From: Candidatus Dormiibacterota bacterium | Lineage (GTDB): Bacteria; Chloroflexota; Dormibacteria; Aeolococcales; Aeolococcaceae | Reading direction: 5' to 3' | Assembly: GCA_027365835.1 (NCBI GenBank) | Contig: DAHXLU010000051.1 | Span: forward strand, 1-56,263 | Length of the DNA stretch: 56,263 nt | Part shown: in pieces, positions 8,622 to 16,500 of the stretch | Layout: each line of letters starts with the position of its first letter | How positions within the stretch are numbered: the first letter of the stretch is position 1 | Program-made: the position numbers and the translations under genes | Notes under the pieces: generated by a model | Databases searched by the model: none | The model's input: only the letters and a program-made list of their open reading frames with translations | Told to the model about the DNA's origin: nothing

Positions 8622-9221
8622 CTAACTGCTGGTACCTCCTGCTGTGGCTATATTGGGGATGGAAGGCAGAAAGCCAGGAAGGCTCCCCATGCCTGCTTCC
8701 ATACCCAGCGCAAGTCCGGTGGTGGCATCAAACCGGTAGATGGCCCAGTCCTTGGTGGTGCCTGGAGGGGCAAACTGGGGGTGAATTGTACCGGTTACAG
8801 CCACTATCCAGATGTGCGTTGAGAGTGGGACCTGGGAGGCGGAACCCTGCAGAAGCGGATCCACTGATACCAGAGTGCCCCATGTGGTCTCCCTGGCACT
8901 CATGGAGGTGATACTGGGGTTAATGCTGGTCATAGCCGCGACTTTCGCCTCAACACTCTGCTCGGTTAACGGTGAAGGAGCAGGCCCTGGTGTCAGGGTG
9001 GCTGTTGTCGATGCGCACGCTGCTCGTGTGGGGCATACAGACGCCATCGGCACGGGAGGGGCACCGTTCAGGCTGGTTGCCAGCATTGGGGGTGCGGCAG
9101 ATGCGCCTGATTGTGCTGTTCCAGCCATGCCAGCAGCGGTCGCTGCAGCGGCTGCGAGCAGCAGCAGGCCAAACAGCGTGACAGATGGTTTCTGGAATAA
9201 ATCAATTGTCCTGTTGTGCAT
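8622..9221 (-). CDS. Secreted/anchored PepSY-like protein, paralog of the anti-sigma extracellular domain
   Basis: RBS AAAGGAG before ATG 9221. Hydrophobic signal region, CPxxxxC, TWG and IW...W...FDATTG (PepSY-like DAxTG). Confidence 0.75.
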   Translation of the reverse strand: MHNRTIDLFQKPSVTLFGLLLLAAAAATAAGMAGTAQSGASAAPPMLATSLNGAPPVPMASVCPTRAACASTTATLTPGPAPSPLTEQSVEAKVAAMTSINPSITSMSARETTWGTLVSVDPLLQGSASQVPLSTHIWIVAVTGTIHPQFAPPGTTKDWAIYRFDATTGLALGMEAGMGSLPGFLPSIPNIATAGGTSS

Positions 9222-9234
9222 GTTGTCTCCTTTT

Positions 9235-10017
9235 TTAGTTGCCGGAAGCATTCAGATGGTTGTCCGCCCAGTCCTGGGAGCCGTAGTAGGTGCCGTTCAG
9301 ACAGTCGGGATGGCTGTTTCCATCTCCGCACGGCCATTGCACCATTGAGTCATTCAGGTTCCAGCCGTACTGCCACTGGTAGGAAGTGTTCATCCAGTCC
9401 AGGTTGGTAAGTTCAGCCGTGCCTGCCCACATGTTTCCATCTATGGCAGCACCATTGGACTGGTCAGGTGTTTCCCAGAGGCCCGCTTCGTTGTTGCAGG
9501 TTCCTGCACCCATGTCACTCGCATACGTGTAGACGGTTCCATTCAGGGCAAAGTCATACTCATAGTTGCCTACGTACTGGAGGCTGTAACCATTGAGGCT
9601 GCCGTTGTCGGTGCTCAGCCCATTGGTCGACTCCAGCATGGTGCCGGAGCTGTTGGACCAGGCGTAAAAATACTCAAAGGCGGCGTTGCCCATGAGGCCG
9701 TAGGCAAATCCCTGCTGCGCCCAGTCAGTGCACGGTGCTCCAGAAAATGCGATCTCCATCTGGGACACACCGTCTCCCAGCGGTACAAGGCTGCTTGCCT
9801 CCCACATGTTGGAGTTGGGTATGTCGGCAAACGTATTATAGACCACCGAGCCATAGAGGCAGGCAGTAGACGACGCTCCCCACGGCTGCGGGCAGGTGGG
9901 GTTGCCAAAGTAGGTCGCAGCGCTGGCACCCGATGTCGCAAACGTGGCACTTGCCAGTGTTAATACTGCAGCGAGCAGTAGTTTTAGCCTGGGACTGCCT
10001 AAAATGTGTCTAGCCAT
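9235..10017 (-). CDS. Secreted beta-rich protein, putative glutamic-type peptidase (G1/neprosin-like fold)
   Basis: RBS AAGGAG before ATG 10017. Signal peptide ending ASA. Mature part is aromatic/Asn-rich with 6 Cys and the motifs WAQQG and EAGLWE. The CDS is certain; the function is inferred. Confidence 0.6.
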   Translation of the reverse strand: MARHILGSPRLKLLLAAVLTLASATFATSGASAATYFGNPTCPQPWGASSTACLYGSVVYNTFADIPNSNMWEASSLVPLGDGVSQMEIAFSGAPCTDWAQQGFAYGLMGNAAFEYFYAWSNSSGTMLESTNGLSTDNGSLNGYSLQYVGNYEYDFALNGTVYTYASDMGAGTCNNEAGLWETPDQSNGAAIDGNMWAGTAELTNLDWMNTSYQWQYGWNLNDSMVQWPCGDGNSHPDCLNGTYYGSQDWADNHLNASGN

Positions 10018-10153
10018 GTTTCTCCTTGGTTTTGCTGTCCGCCGAAGTGGCGGCAATCGGTAAAAAGGGGGACCCCAGTGGTTGTCTGCGGTCAGGGTGC
10101 AGCTCATGCCGGTACCGGCTACCATCTGGTGTGCTGCTCCCCTAAGGGGAGCT

Positions 10154-10756
10154 GTGAAACATAGGTCACAGAAATCTGCAGTAAGTGATGAACTGCTGCT
10201 CGCCCAGGTGGTGGCTGGTCGGCAGGAGGCGCTCACAGAGCTGTTCCACCGGTATGCGGCCAGACTTGCTACATACCTGTCGGTGCTCGGCAAATTCGCA
10301 CGGGTTGATGTAGATGAAGCAGTTCAGCTTACGTTCATATCGGTCTGGGACAACGCCTACAGTTTTCGGGGCGATTCGAGCGTCAGGACCTGGATTGTCG
10401 GCATTGCGCGCAACCATCTTCGTACGCAGCTGCGGGACTTGCAGGATGACGGGTGGGAAAGCTCCATTGATGTGGGGCGGGATCTGCCGGACAACGAATC
10501 GGCTGAGGCTCACCCCGAGGAGACTGTGCTTACCCAGATGGAACTGGATGAGGTGATGGCAAGGATAAGAAAGTTGCCACTTTCCCATCGGGAGGTAATT
10601 ACATTGGTTTGTGTTCTTGGTTTTAGCATGAAAGAAACAGCAGCAATAATGGGTATACCCGAAGGTACAGTAAAAAGCCGATTGCTGTATGCGCGCGCCA
10701 GTGCTACACGGCGCAGCAGGCACAGGCAGATAGAAGAGGAGGAGAGCAGGAGATGA
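10154..10756 (+). CDS. ECF RNA polymerase sigma factor
   Basis: GTG 10154 after AAGGGGAG. Region 2 (DEAVQLTFISVW..A.SFRGDSSVRTWIVGIARN) and region 4 (LPLSHREVITL..SMKETAAIMGIPEGTVKSRL). Confidence 0.92.
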   Translation: MKHRSQKSAVSDELLLAQVVAGRQEALTELFHRYAARLATYLSVLGKFARVDVDEAVQLTFISVWDNAYSFRGDSSVRTWIVGIARNHLRTQLRDLQDDGWESSIDVGRDLPDNESAEAHPEETVLTQMELDEVMARIRKLPLSHREVITLVCVLGFSMKETAAIMGIPEGTVKSRLLYARASATRRSRHRQIEEEESRR

Positions 10757-11514
10757 ATGCTCATGAGCATCTGACCCTGGAGCAGCTGCTGGAACGTGTA
10801 GAGCGTACCGGAGACGGTGGTAATGAGCAGCAACCAGTTGTGCTGGAAGATGGTTATTGTGTGCAGTGCGACGAAGAGCTGAAGGAGTGGCGACACTTTG
10901 CGGCGGCTGTCCAGGAAGCTACTCCCATGGTCACGCCTTCTCCTGCGCTACTCCCAGCAATACAGGCAAGGCTGAAACGGCGGCCCCGCCAACGGCGAGA
11001 GCTGCGCTGGAGGCTTGCGGTTCTGGGTGCTGCAGCAGTCGCAGTTGCCCTGCTGGCACTGGCTGGAAGCCCGGGCCACTTTCTCAACCTGTATCAGGCG
11101 GGACATCCAGCCCCACCAACGGCGGTATCGTCCCTGTGTCCTGCCCAGAGCTGTGCTGGAGAGGGCGGCCCCGGCACATTCAGCACTTATGGGCTAAGCC
11201 GGGCCCGGGCACTTGCCCTTGCTGAGTCTGACTTTCACGTTCCTGCCACTTCCCTGGAGGTGAGGTACGTTACCTGGGGTGAGCTCTGGTACCGCTACAG
11301 GCAGGTGCAGGAGCACAGTCCCCTGGGTGCTCCTACTGAGCCAGTCTGGGCCATTCTCTCTACTTCTGAAACCCAAAGGGGGGTTACCTATCCCTGGGGA
11401 TTGCTCGTGCTGGATGCAGGTACTGGCTCCCAGCATCTCTTCCTGAACGGCAGCGGCCCAGCTCCAGCAGGTTTCTCTTCCCTGCCTTCTGCTCCCCCGG
11501 CCCCGCCCTCGTGA
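10753..11514 (+). CDS. Transmembrane anti-sigma factor (zinc-finger-like N-terminus, PepSY-like extracytoplasmic domain)
   Basis: ATGA overlap with the sigma gene. HLT...CVQC, PSPALL..I.ARL, one TM helix, and a C-terminal domain with TWG, VW and LDAGTG. Confidence 0.8.
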   Translation: MNAHEHLTLEQLLERVERTGDGGNEQQPVVLEDGYCVQCDEELKEWRHFAAAVQEATPMVTPSPALLPAIQARLKRRPRQRRELRWRLAVLGAAAVAVALLALAGSPGHFLNLYQAGHPAPPTAVSSLCPAQSCAGEGGPGTFSTYGLSRARALALAESDFHVPATSLEVRYVTWGELWYRYRQVQEHSPLGAPTEPVWAILSTSETQRGVTYPWGLLVLDAGTGSQHLFLNGSGPAPAGFSSLPSAPPAPPS

Positions 11515-11678
11515 TTCATGGGCGAGGAAAAGGAGCGAGCCGTCGCAGACAGGCTGGTCTGGGGCATTGGGCGTGGCGTGAGGCATGTTTCCGGCCCTTG
11601 GGCAGCTGGCAGGCACCTGGCCCGGGTGACTGGTCCCCGCTTTCCAGTGGGTGAGCGGTGAGCGAAGGCCCCTATTAC

Positions 11679-11710
11679 ATTAGTAGTAAAAAACCGAAAA
11701 AAGGTTCAAT
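11679..11710 (-). repeat. Right copy of 32-bp inverted repeat / putative ECF-type promoter pointing back into the anti-sigma gene
   Basis: Minus strand reads ATTGAACCTTTTTTCGGTTTTTTACTACTAAT, 27/32 identical to 7178..7209. Confidence 0.7.
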
Positions 11711-11711
11711 C

Positions 11712-11731
11712 TTGTTACAGGATTGTTACAA
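11712..11731. promoter_or_regulatory. Tandem TTGTTACA direct repeat (11-bp period), candidate regulator binding site
   Basis: TTGTTACAG-GA-TTGTTACAA immediately adjacent to the right repeat. Confidence 0.5.
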
Positions 11732-12089
11732 GTTGGGCGCTCTGGAGTGGCGGGGCCGCGTCTGCAGCCTTCCTGGAGGCCCGCGCTGGGCCGCTTGACG
11801 GTGTGGTCGGCAGGGTTAGGAAGGTAGAGTTAGCGGCTGGTGCTGGCAGGGGGCTGCGGACAGCAGGTTGCCCAGTCCCGGGGGCCTGATGGCCTGGGAG
11901 TGCACCTGTCCCTGCCCCATATGGGCTCAGGAGCCAGGTCTGTCAGGACGAGGGGCAGGTCTGGCCAGTTGTGCGAAACGGGCCGGATTCCTCCGGTTTC
12001 TGTTCCTGGTTCGGGGCTGGATTTAAGTGACACCCTGGCCAGAGGGGCTGCTGCCGTACGGGCTGCGTCCTGGACACCGGTATAGGGCG

Positions 12090-12527
12090 TTAGCCTCTGT
12101 TGTCCGCTATTGCCTTTTCCAGTACGGTGTCCTGGGCCTCCAGATGGGCCTGCAACTGCAGGCACTCGTGGAGGATCGCCTCGGCATCCTTGTAGGTCTG
12201 AACTGCTCGCTTGTCGGAAGAAGCTCCAAGGACCTGCTGGCCGACCATGATCACAAACATCAGTAGTAACTGAACGATGTTGCCAAGAAAGAGCAGAAAG
12301 GCAAACGGATAGGGATCAAATGTAATTACGTGCAACTCTGACAGCAGCATCCAGCCACCCATGAAAATTGCTGCAACGTAGAAAGCCCACATCGTACCAA
12401 CAGCCTTGGTGATCGCAGCACCCAGTCGGCCGTTGAAACCTACCTGTTCATCGTCGGTCTGTGGCGGATGCTCCAGTTTGCGTTGCTCGATGCGCGGATG
12501 CGGTATGTGCTCAAACAGTTTTGACAT
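12090..12527 (-). CDS. DUF1003-like membrane protein
   Basis: Start MSKLFEH. IT..VGTMWAFY, FDPYPFAFLLFLGNIVQLLLMFVIMVGQ and a C-terminal coiled segment. Confidence 0.8.
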   Translation of the reverse strand: MSKLFEHIPHPRIEQRKLEHPPQTDDEQVGFNGRLGAAITKAVGTMWAFYVAAIFMGGWMLLSELHVITFDPYPFAFLLFLGNIVQLLLMFVIMVGQQVLGASSDKRAVQTYKDAEAILHECLQLQAHLEAQDTVLEKAIADNRG

Positions 12528-12682
12528 CTGCCCAGCATACGAAGCCCTGCCGTATCGGCGGTCAAAGTCACCAACTTCGTTACGGGCGCAGGCGGGCTCT
12601 GGCTGGGCCCGCCACCCTGTTTGCCTGTTACTGCAGCGCGAGCGCCAGAGCCCATCGCAAGCTGCTCCTGCGCTCGTTCTGG

Positions 12683-14479
12683 CTATCTGCCTTGCTCTGC
12701 CTGCCTGGCGCCTTGCCTCGTGTTGTGGGTGGCTTCCTGCTTTTGGTCTGTGGTGGATCCCTGTACCAGTGCCATGGCGACAGTCTCGGGGGGCAGGAAC
12801 AGGCTTGCTGCCGATATGGAAATGCTGCTGTCGGATGCAAGGCGCAGACGGGCTGCCCCTGTCAGCGGAATGGTGGCTGGGGCAGCTCCCAGGTTGGCAG
12901 CTATCAGTAGCTGGCCCCTGGCCACGCGCAGCCACCTGGCATTTTCATCATAGAGCGTACAGGATGGATCGAACCGTACTCCAGTATGGTCCAGCTCCTT
13001 GCGCAGCGATACCAGACTGCGATACCAGGCCAGCATAGCGGCATGGTCAGCCTCTTCCAGTTCCTCCCACCGCAGCTTTGATCCAGAAAACGAGGCAGCA
13101 CTCTGGGGATCAGGCACTGCCTTTTCAGCCCAGTCAAAGTCGGCAAACTCTTCCATGCGGCTGCGCCAGATAGATAGGGGATCAGTGAGCTGTCGATGAT
13201 CTGTAAAAAAAAGGAACGGTGAGCTGGCAGCAAATTCCTCCCCCTGGAAGAGCATCGGGGTGAAGGGTGAGAGGAGCGTAAGTGCAGCGCCGATTTTCGC
13301 CAGCCCTGGGGATACAAGGGAGCTTATGCGTTCACCTTGCTCCCGGTTTCCAACCTGATCATGATTTTGAAGGTATACCAGGAAGCGGCAGCTGCAGACT
13401 CTGAGGTTATGCTCCTGCTGCGCGCTCAAGTATCTCGCGTAATGCCCTGCATATACCCACGGGCCTTGCAGCGCCTCAAGGAGATGCGCAATGCTGCCGA
13501 ATCCATGGTAGTGGCCGCTCCGCTCCCCAGTGAGAGCTGGCTGCAGTGCCCGCTGGAAAGTGTTGGCGTAAACGGCATCAAACCCAAGCCCTCCCTTTTG
13601 TGCGTCGACCACAACTGAGCTGTCGTTGATGTCATCTTCGGCAATGAGCACTACCTTTCGGCCTTGCGCCTTGCCGATGTTTCGCACCGCATCCTGGATT
13701 TCTCTGGTTATCCCAATTGCGCCCTCCCACCGGAGCGCCTGTATGGCATCCACCCGCAAGCCGTCACAGTGGTAGTCCCGTATCCACATGCAGGCGTTGT
13801 CAATTACGAAATTACGCACTTCTGTTGCATCAGGGTCAGACAGGCCAAGCCCCTTTCCCCAGGGGGTGGAGCGTCCTGTCTCCATATAGGGGCCAAATGC
13901 GGCAAGATGGTTGCCTTCTGGCCCGATATGGTTGTAGACAACATCCATGATGACGCCTATTCCCCGCGCATGACATGCATTTACCAGGTGCTTGAGGCCG
14001 CCTGGGCCGCCGTATCGATGGTGGGGTGCAAAAAGGTTAACGCCATCGTAGCCCCACCCGCGGTCGCCCGGGAATTCTGCAACCGGCATGAGTTCGATCA
14101 CATTGGCGCCTAGCGATGCGACGTGGTCCAGTCTCTCAGCAACACCCCCAAAAGTGCCTTCGGTTGAAAATGTGCCCGTGTGCAGCTCATATATCACAGC
14201 GTCACCCATGCTGATTCCGCCCCAGGCCCCATCTGTCCACAAAAATCCGCTATGGTCTACGAGCCGTGAAAGACCGCCTACCCCATACGGCTGCCAGGGT
14301 GAGCGCGGGTCTGGGAGTGCGGGTCCACCATCCAGGCTGTATCCATAATCATCTCCACTCACTGCCTCACACTCGACTGTCCACCAATCGCCAGCCCCCC
14401 TTTCCATCGGGATCGTATTTCCGTTCAGGAACAGGTCGACCCTTGATGCAGCTGGAGCCCATAGCCTGAAGTGATGCAT
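12683..14479 (-). CDS. treZ: Malto-oligosyltrehalose trehalohydrolase (GH13)
   Basis: FRLWAP, LPDPRSPWQPYGV, YELHTGTF, WGYDGV, DVVYNHIGPEGN, DGLRVDA, IAED, QNHDQVGNR, PMLFQGEE. Confidence 0.88.
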   Translation of the reverse strand: MHHFRLWAPAASRVDLFLNGNTIPMERGAGDWWTVECEAVSGDDYGYSLDGGPALPDPRSPWQPYGVGGLSRLVDHSGFLWTDGAWGGISMGDAVIYELHTGTFSTEGTFGGVAERLDHVASLGANVIELMPVAEFPGDRGWGYDGVNLFAPHHRYGGPGGLKHLVNACHARGIGVIMDVVYNHIGPEGNHLAAFGPYMETGRSTPWGKGLGLSDPDATEVRNFVIDNACMWIRDYHCDGLRVDAIQALRWEGAIGITREIQDAVRNIGKAQGRKVVLIAEDDINDSSVVVDAQKGGLGFDAVYANTFQRALQPALTGERSGHYHGFGSIAHLLEALQGPWVYAGHYARYLSAQQEHNLRVCSCRFLVYLQNHDQVGNREQGERISSLVSPGLAKIGAALTLLSPFTPMLFQGEEFAASSPFLFFTDHRQLTDPLSIWRSRMEEFADFDWAEKAVPDPQSAASFSGSKLRWEELEEADHAAMLAWYRSLVSLRKELDHTGVRFDPSCTLYDENARWLRVARGQLLIAANLGAAPATIPLTGAARLRLASDSSISISAASLFLPPETVAMALVQGSTTDQKQEATHNTRQGARQAEQGR

Positions 14480-14685
14480 AGCAGACAGTCTAGTTGTTGT
14501 AGTTTGGGGAATGCGGCAGTTCTGGTGCACCCTTCACAAGGATGTGCTACAGCAGCCGCCCCGCAGCGCATTTTCTTTGGGCAATCCTTCCCGGGTATGC
14601 TTCAGAGGGTTCGGCACAAGGTTTAGACGAGTTGCCAGCTGCACGCTTTACGGTGCGCGTCTCCCCCCGGGGCAAGGATCCTGCG

Positions 14686-15516
14686 CTATGCGCAGTCGGA
14701 AAGTCCGCGGCCTCCAGCTTCCCGTTCCCTTGGCTTTAGCGTGTGCTGGATCAGGCCGGAGATCAACTCCCGTACTCCCGATGCACAGCACGCTTTTGTC
14801 ACCAGGTCTGCTACCGCCTTTAGTTCAGGAACTGCATTGGCGACGGCTACGCCCATGCCCACGCCGCTGCGGTGGCGATCCACCATCGCGACATCATTGC
14901 TGCCATTGCCGACAGCGACCACGCTTCGCATGGGGATATGCAGCTCCCTCATTGCGGCCCGCAGACCACTTGCCTTGTCAATTCCGATGTTTACAAAGAC
15001 TGCGTGGTTGTCGCCAGGTATCCAGTGCAGGTGGAGCCCCAGCCGCTTGGCCATGTCTGCGATCACAGGTGCATGTTCCAGGGGTACGTGCAGGGAGCCC
15101 CAGCCGACAACCGCATTGTCTTCCCCTACCAGCTCACGCACCTGCCTTATCAGCTCTACTGCAGGGGGGGAGCCGAGCACCTTGGCGCGGTTGGTGGCAG
15201 GGTCGTACAGGATCGCTCCGTTTTCTGAGACTATCCGGTCAAACAGACTGGCCTCGTCCCGGGTGAGACCGTCAGCACCACAGATGTATGGCAACGTTCT
15301 ACCGGTTACCAGAACCAGCCGGATCCCGGCAGCCCGGGCTTTCTTCAAAGCCTCAACGGTAGCTGGATCGAGCCGGTTGCCGTCTGCCAGGGTCATGTCA
15401 TAGTCGCTGGCGAGCACCCTGAACCGCGGCGACTTTACCGGCCCAAACCGCGCTCCCTTCTGAAGGAATATGAACTCCTGCCCCTGCTCCCTGCCGGATA
15501 ACACCTCGTATGACAT
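14686..15516 (-). CDS. HAD-superfamily (IIB/Cof-like) hydrolase
   Basis: Motif I ASDYDMTL, II LVTGR, ENGA, III DKASGL, IV GNGSND. Start uncertain. Confidence 0.8.
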   Translation of the reverse strand: MSYEVLSGREQGQEFIFLQKGARFGPVKSPRFRVLASDYDMTLADGNRLDPATVEALKKARAAGIRLVLVTGRTLPYICGADGLTRDEASLFDRIVSENGAILYDPATNRAKVLGSPPAVELIRQVRELVGEDNAVVGWGSLHVPLEHAPVIADMAKRLGLHLHWIPGDNHAVFVNIGIDKASGLRAAMRELHIPMRSVVAVGNGSNDVAMVDRHRSGVGMGVAVANAVPELKAVADLVTKACCASGVRELISGLIQHTLKPREREAGGRGLSDCA

Positions 15517-15746
15517 TCACATCCTTCACGGTTATTTGGATGAATTTCTGGGGTGGCTGCTTTTTGCCTCCCCAATTTATAGCATTACCAGCTACCCATT
15601 CAGGGGCAGGCGGAGGGAGGTGTTTTGCAGCGGCGGCCTGTGCCTGTATCCCTCCCCGTATCGGGGCCACACAAATGGTTCCCTTATTATGTATGCTGGC
15701 AGCAGCCTTCTAGATGTTTGAACAGCTGCCAGCAGGGAGCCAGACT

Positions 15747-16421
15747 ATGGGTGAGTACCAGATACAGCGCGAGACCAGAACCTGCAGGATCCGGGTGGCG
15801 TGCAGGTACCTCCATGCGCTGGGAGATGTAGAGGTAGGTGGAAACCGCCGTTTTTCAGACTGGGTCAACCAGCGGGCATCTATCTATCGTCTTCGTAACG
15901 TTCAGCTTGAGGGCATTGAGGCGTTCGGAACCACGCTTCCGGATCTCGCAGTCTACCGTTCCGGCATCTATTACATGACGCTCGAAGAGGACGCGGCCGC
16001 ACCACCGCTGGTGGACAGCTATCCGACCCGTGAGAGGCTGCGGGTAAGACTTTCCATAGGCGAATCGGTGGTCGAGGGTGACATGCACGTTGCACCAACT
16101 GTCGAGTTGCATCGTCATCTGGACACCTACCAGTCCGATTTTATTGCCCTTACCAATGCTGTTGTAGATGGGCCCACGGGTCATTTCAGTTCTGAGCTTC
16201 TGCTTGTGTCCCAGCAGCACATAACTGTTGCCATGGACGTGTCTGGCGGAGGTGCCAGCGAAGGGGCCGCAGAAGAGGCCAGTGGAGCTAGTGCTGGTGC
16301 GGATGCAGTGCGTTCCCGGAGGACCGATGCAGCCTCTGAGGAAGGCGGGACGGGCGAGGGGCACGAGATCATTGGCAAGCGGCTGGGAGCCTCGCTGGTG
16401 GGAGCGCGGAACGAGAGCTAA
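15747..16421 (+). CDS. Hypothetical protein with two tandem small beta domains (DUF6812-like)
   Basis: ATG 15747 after GGGAG. The two halves share R..V....(L/V).GD..V....(F/L)..(W/H)...  patterns; acidic low-complexity tail. Confidence 0.6.
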   Translation: MGEYQIQRETRTCRIRVACRYLHALGDVEVGGNRRFSDWVNQRASIYRLRNVQLEGIEAFGTTLPDLAVYRSGIYYMTLEEDAAAPPLVDSYPTRERLRVRLSIGESVVEGDMHVAPTVELHRHLDTYQSDFIALTNAVVDGPTGHFSSELLLVSQQHITVAMDVSGGGASEGAAEEASGASAGADAVRSRRTDAASEEGGTGEGHEIIGKRLGASLVGARNES

Positions 16422-16500
16422 AGGTACCCAGCGCTCCCTGGAACCCTTGCAGTTTTGTGCTCTTTCCTGTGACAGACGACATGACCCTTGCGGGGTTGTA

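Noticed and set aside
10018-10293. Long N-terminal extension of ORF 9235..10293
   Set aside because: Overlaps the divergent sigma gene; the RBS and signal peptide point to ATG 10017.
11194-11616. 140-aa minus-strand ORF downstream of the right promoter-like motif
   Set aside because: Mostly antisense to the anti-sigma gene, no RBS, shadow-like composition.
11830-12085. Short ORFs on both strands between the cassette and the DUF1003 gene
   Set aside because: Pro/Arg/Gly-rich with no motif or RBS; likely spurious in high-GC DNA.
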